Shown here piece after piece: positions 60,725 to 64,000 of a DNA stretch of 64,000 nucleotides. Positions within the stretch are counted from its first letter, which is position 1, and every line of letters begins with the position of its first letter. Source of the DNA: Mustelus asterias (lineage: Eukaryota); assembly GCF_964213995.1 (NCBI RefSeq), contig NW_027590264.1, forward strand, positions 372,001 through 436,000, given 5' to 3'. The translations under genes were made by a program, and so were the position numbers. The notes beneath the pieces were generated by a model that worked only from the letters and a program-made list of their open reading frames with translations, was not told the origin of the DNA and did not search any database.

Positions 60725-61505
60725 GAATCACGGGATTAGATGTAAACTAAAGCTCCCTCGACACTGTTCCCACCAAACACTCCCAGGACAGACACAGCAC
60801 AGAGTTCGATACAGAGTAAAGCTCCCTCTACACTGTCCCCATCCAACACTCCCAGGACAGGTACAGCACGGGTTTAGACACAGAGTAAAGCTCTCTCTAC
60901 ACTGTCCCCATCCAACACACCCAGGACAGATACAACACGGGGTTAGATACAGAGTAAAGCTCCCTCTACACTGTCCCCATCCAAGACACCCAGGACAGAT
61001 ACAGCACGGGTTTAGATACAGCGTAAAGCTCACTGTACACTGTCCCCATCAAACAGTCCCAGAACAGATACAGCACGGGGTTAGGTATAGAGTAAAGCTC
61101 CCTCTACACTGTCCCCATCAAACAAACCAAGTACAGGTACAGCACGGGTTCAGATACAGAGTAAAGCTCCCTCGATACTGTCCCCATCAAACACTCCCAG
61201 GACAGGGACAGCATGGGTTAGATACAGAGTAAAGCTCCCACTGCACTATCCCCATGAAACACTCCAACAACAGATACAGCAAGTGGTTAGATATAGAGTA
61301 AAGCTCCCACTTCACTGTCCTCATCAAACACTCCCAGGACAGGTACAGCACAGGGTTAGATCCAGAGTGAAGCTCCCTCTACACTGTCCCCATCAAATAA
61401 TCCAATGACAGATACAGCATGGTGCTAGATTAAACGAAAAGCTGCCTCCACATTGTGCACATCAAACAGACCCAGGACAGGTACAGCACGGGGTTAGATA
61501 CAGCT
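60725..61505 (+). repeat. 69-bp satellite (diverged units)
   Basis: Unit CACGGGGTTAGATACAGAGTAAAGCTCCCTCTACACTGTCCCCATCAAACACTCCCAGGACAGGTACAG. Confidence 0.93.
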
Positions 61506-61534
61506 CAAATGTTTCTCTACATTTTGCCCATCTT

Positions 61535-62820
61535 GTGTGTGTGTGTGTGTGAGAGAGTGTGTGTGTGTGAGAGAGAGTGTATGCGNNNNNNNNNNNNNNN
61601 NNNNNNNNNNNNNNNNNNNNNNNNNNNNNNNNNNNNNNNNNNNNNNNNNNNNNNNNNNNNNNNNNNNNNNNNNNNNNNNNNNNNNNNNNNNNNNNNNNNN
61701 NNNNNNNNNNNNNNNNNNNNNNNNNNNNNNNNNNNNNNNNNNNNNNNNNNNNNNNNNNNNNAGAGAGACTGTGTGAGAAAGTGTGTGTGTGTGAGAGAGA
61801 ATGTGTGTGAGAGAGCGAGTGTGTGCGAGAGAGAGAGTGTGTGCGTGAGAGAGAGTGTGTGTGAGAAAGAGTGCGTGTGTGAGCAAGAGTGTGTGTGAGA
61901 GAGAGAGTATGTGTGAGAGAGAGAGTGTGTGAGAGAGTGTGTGTGTGAGAGAGAGTGTGTGAGAGAGAGAGGGTGTGCGAGAGAGTGTGTGTGAGAGAGT
62001 GTGTGTGAGAGAGAGAGTGTGTGCGAGAGAGAGTGTGTGCGAGAGAGAGAGTGTGTGTGAGAGAGTGTGTGCGTGAGAGAGANNNNNNNNNNNNNNNNNN
62101 NNNNNNNNNNNNNNNNNNNNNNNNNNNNNNNNNNNNNNNNNNNNNNNNNNNNNNNNNNNNNNNNNNNNNNNNNNNNNNNNNNNNNNNNNNNNNNNNNNNN
62201 NNNNNNNNNNNNNNNNNNNNNNNNNNNAGAGAGACTGTGTGAGAAAGTGTGTGTGTGTGAGAGAGAATGTGTGTGAGAGAGCGAGTGTGTGCGAGAGAGA
62301 GAGTGTGTGCGTGAGAGAGAGTGTGTGTGAGAAAGAGTGTGCGTGTGAGCAAGAGTGTGTGTGAGAGAGAGAGTATGTGTGAGAGAGAGAGTATGTGTGA
62401 GAGAGAGAGTGTGTGAGAGAGAGTGTGTGAGAGAGAGAGTGTGTGCGAGAGAGAGTGTGTGCGAGAGAGAGAGTGTGTGTGAGAGAGAGAGTGTGTGCGT
62501 GAGAGAGAGGGTGTGCGTGAGAGAGAGGGTGTGCGTGAGAGAGAGTGTGTGTGTGAGAGAGAGAGTGTGTGCGTGAGAGAGAGTGTGTGCGTGAGAGAGA
62601 CTATATGTTTGAGAGAGTGTATATGTGCGAGACAGAGTGTGTGTGAGACAAAGTGTGTGTGTGAGAGAGATTGTGTGTGTGAGAGAGAGTGTATGTGTGA
62701 GAGAGAGAGTGTGTGTGAGAGAGTGAGTGTATGTGAGTGAGAGATTGAGTGTATGTGTGTGAGAGAGACTGAGAGAGCATGTGTGTGTGTCTGAGAATGT
62801 GTAAGGAGAGCGTGTGTGAC
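61535..62820. repeat. (GA)n(GT)n compound microsatellite with N gaps
   Basis: As 59827-60690, and partly a duplicate of it. Confidence 0.95.
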
Positions 62821-62854
62821 CTGATCTTCCTCTACAGTCTATCAGTAACTGAAT

Positions 62855-64000
62855 CACGGGATTAGATGCAAAGTAAAGCTCCCTCGACACTGTTCCCATC
62901 AAACACTCCCAGGAAAGGTACAGGGACAGCACAGAGTTCGATACACAGTAAAGCTCCCTCTACACTGTCCCCATCCAACACACCCAGGACAGATACAGCA
63001 CGGGGTTAGATACAGAGTAAAGCTCCCTCTACACTGTACCCATCAAACAAACCAAGGACAGATACAGCACGGGGTTCGATACAGAGCAAACCTCCCTCTC
63101 CACTGTCCCTATCAAACAGTCCCAGAACAGATACAGCACGGGGTTAGATACAGAGTAAAGCTCCCTCTCCACTGTCCCCATCAAACACTCCCAGGACAGG
63201 TACAGCACGGGGTGAGATACAGATTAAAGCTCACTGTACACTGTCCCCATCAAAACAGTCCCAGAACAGATACAGCACGGGGTTAGATACAGAGCAAAGC
63301 TCCCTCTACATTGTCCCCATCAAACAGTCCCAGAACAGATACAGCACGGGGTTAGATACAGAGTAAAGCTCCCTCTACACTGTCCCCATCAAACACTCCC
63401 AGGACAGGTACAGCACGGGGTTAGATACAGATTAAAGCTCACTGTACACTGTCCCCATCAAAACATCCCAGAACAGATACAGCACGGGGTTAGATACAGA
63501 GTAAAGCTCCCTCTCCATTGTCCCCATCAAACAAACCAAGGACAGATACAGCACGGGGTTAAATACAGAGTAAAGCTCCCTCTACACTGTCCCCATCAAA
63601 CACTCCCAGGACAGATACAGCAAGTGGTTAGATATAGAGTAAAGCTCCCTCGACACTGTCCCCATCAAACACTCCCGGAACAGATACAGCACGGGGTGAG
63701 ATGCAGAGTAAATCTCCCTCTACACTGTCCCCATCAAACACTCCCAGGACAGGTACAGCACGGGGTTAGATACAGAGTAAAGCTCCCTCTACACTGTCCC
63801 CATCAAACACACCCAGGACAGGGACAGCACGTGGTTAGATATAGAGTAAAGCTCCCTCGACACTGTCCCCATCAAACACTCCCAGGACAGGTACAGCACG
63901 GGGTTAGATACAGAGTAAAGCTCCCTCTACACTGTCCCCATCAAACACTCCCAGGACAGGTACAGCACGGGGTTAGATACAGAGTAAAGCTCCCTCTACA
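62855..64000 (+). repeat. 69-bp satellite running off the window end
   Basis: Period 69 (63897 to 63966). Units become more uniform toward the end. Confidence 0.96.

Overview
Vertebrate genomic DNA, almost certainly from a shark or other elasmobranch, judged from HE1-type tRNA-SINEs, CR1/HER1 LINEs, a Penelope-like element and shark-type tandem repeats. The first ~8.6 kb is the edge of a T-cell receptor alpha/delta V array. It has three apparently intact V segments (leader exon, intron, V exon, 23-bp-spacer RSS; one on +, two on -), at least two V pseudogenes, and CRE/CCAAT promoters. Inserted among them are a Penelope-like retroelement with hammerhead-like motifs and a CR1 3' fragment carrying a pseudoknotted RNA-like structure on its antisense strand. 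At 8.6-11.1 kb there are three co-oriented CTCF-like motifs and a decayed 4-unit repeat in which each unit resembles a 12-RSS. From 10.5 to 59.6 kb the window is a recent, rearranged tandem segmental duplication (~23-kb units, one block present three times). It carries a CpG-island promoter with three X-box/YY1-like repeats, exon-like remnants of an unidentified minus-strand coiled-coil (pseudo)gene, stacked CR1 and Rex1 fragments, and 52-bp satellite arrays. The last 4 kb is GA/GT microsatellite and a 69-bp satellite with assembly gaps. Most ORFs in the supplied track are repeat-derived and non-coding.
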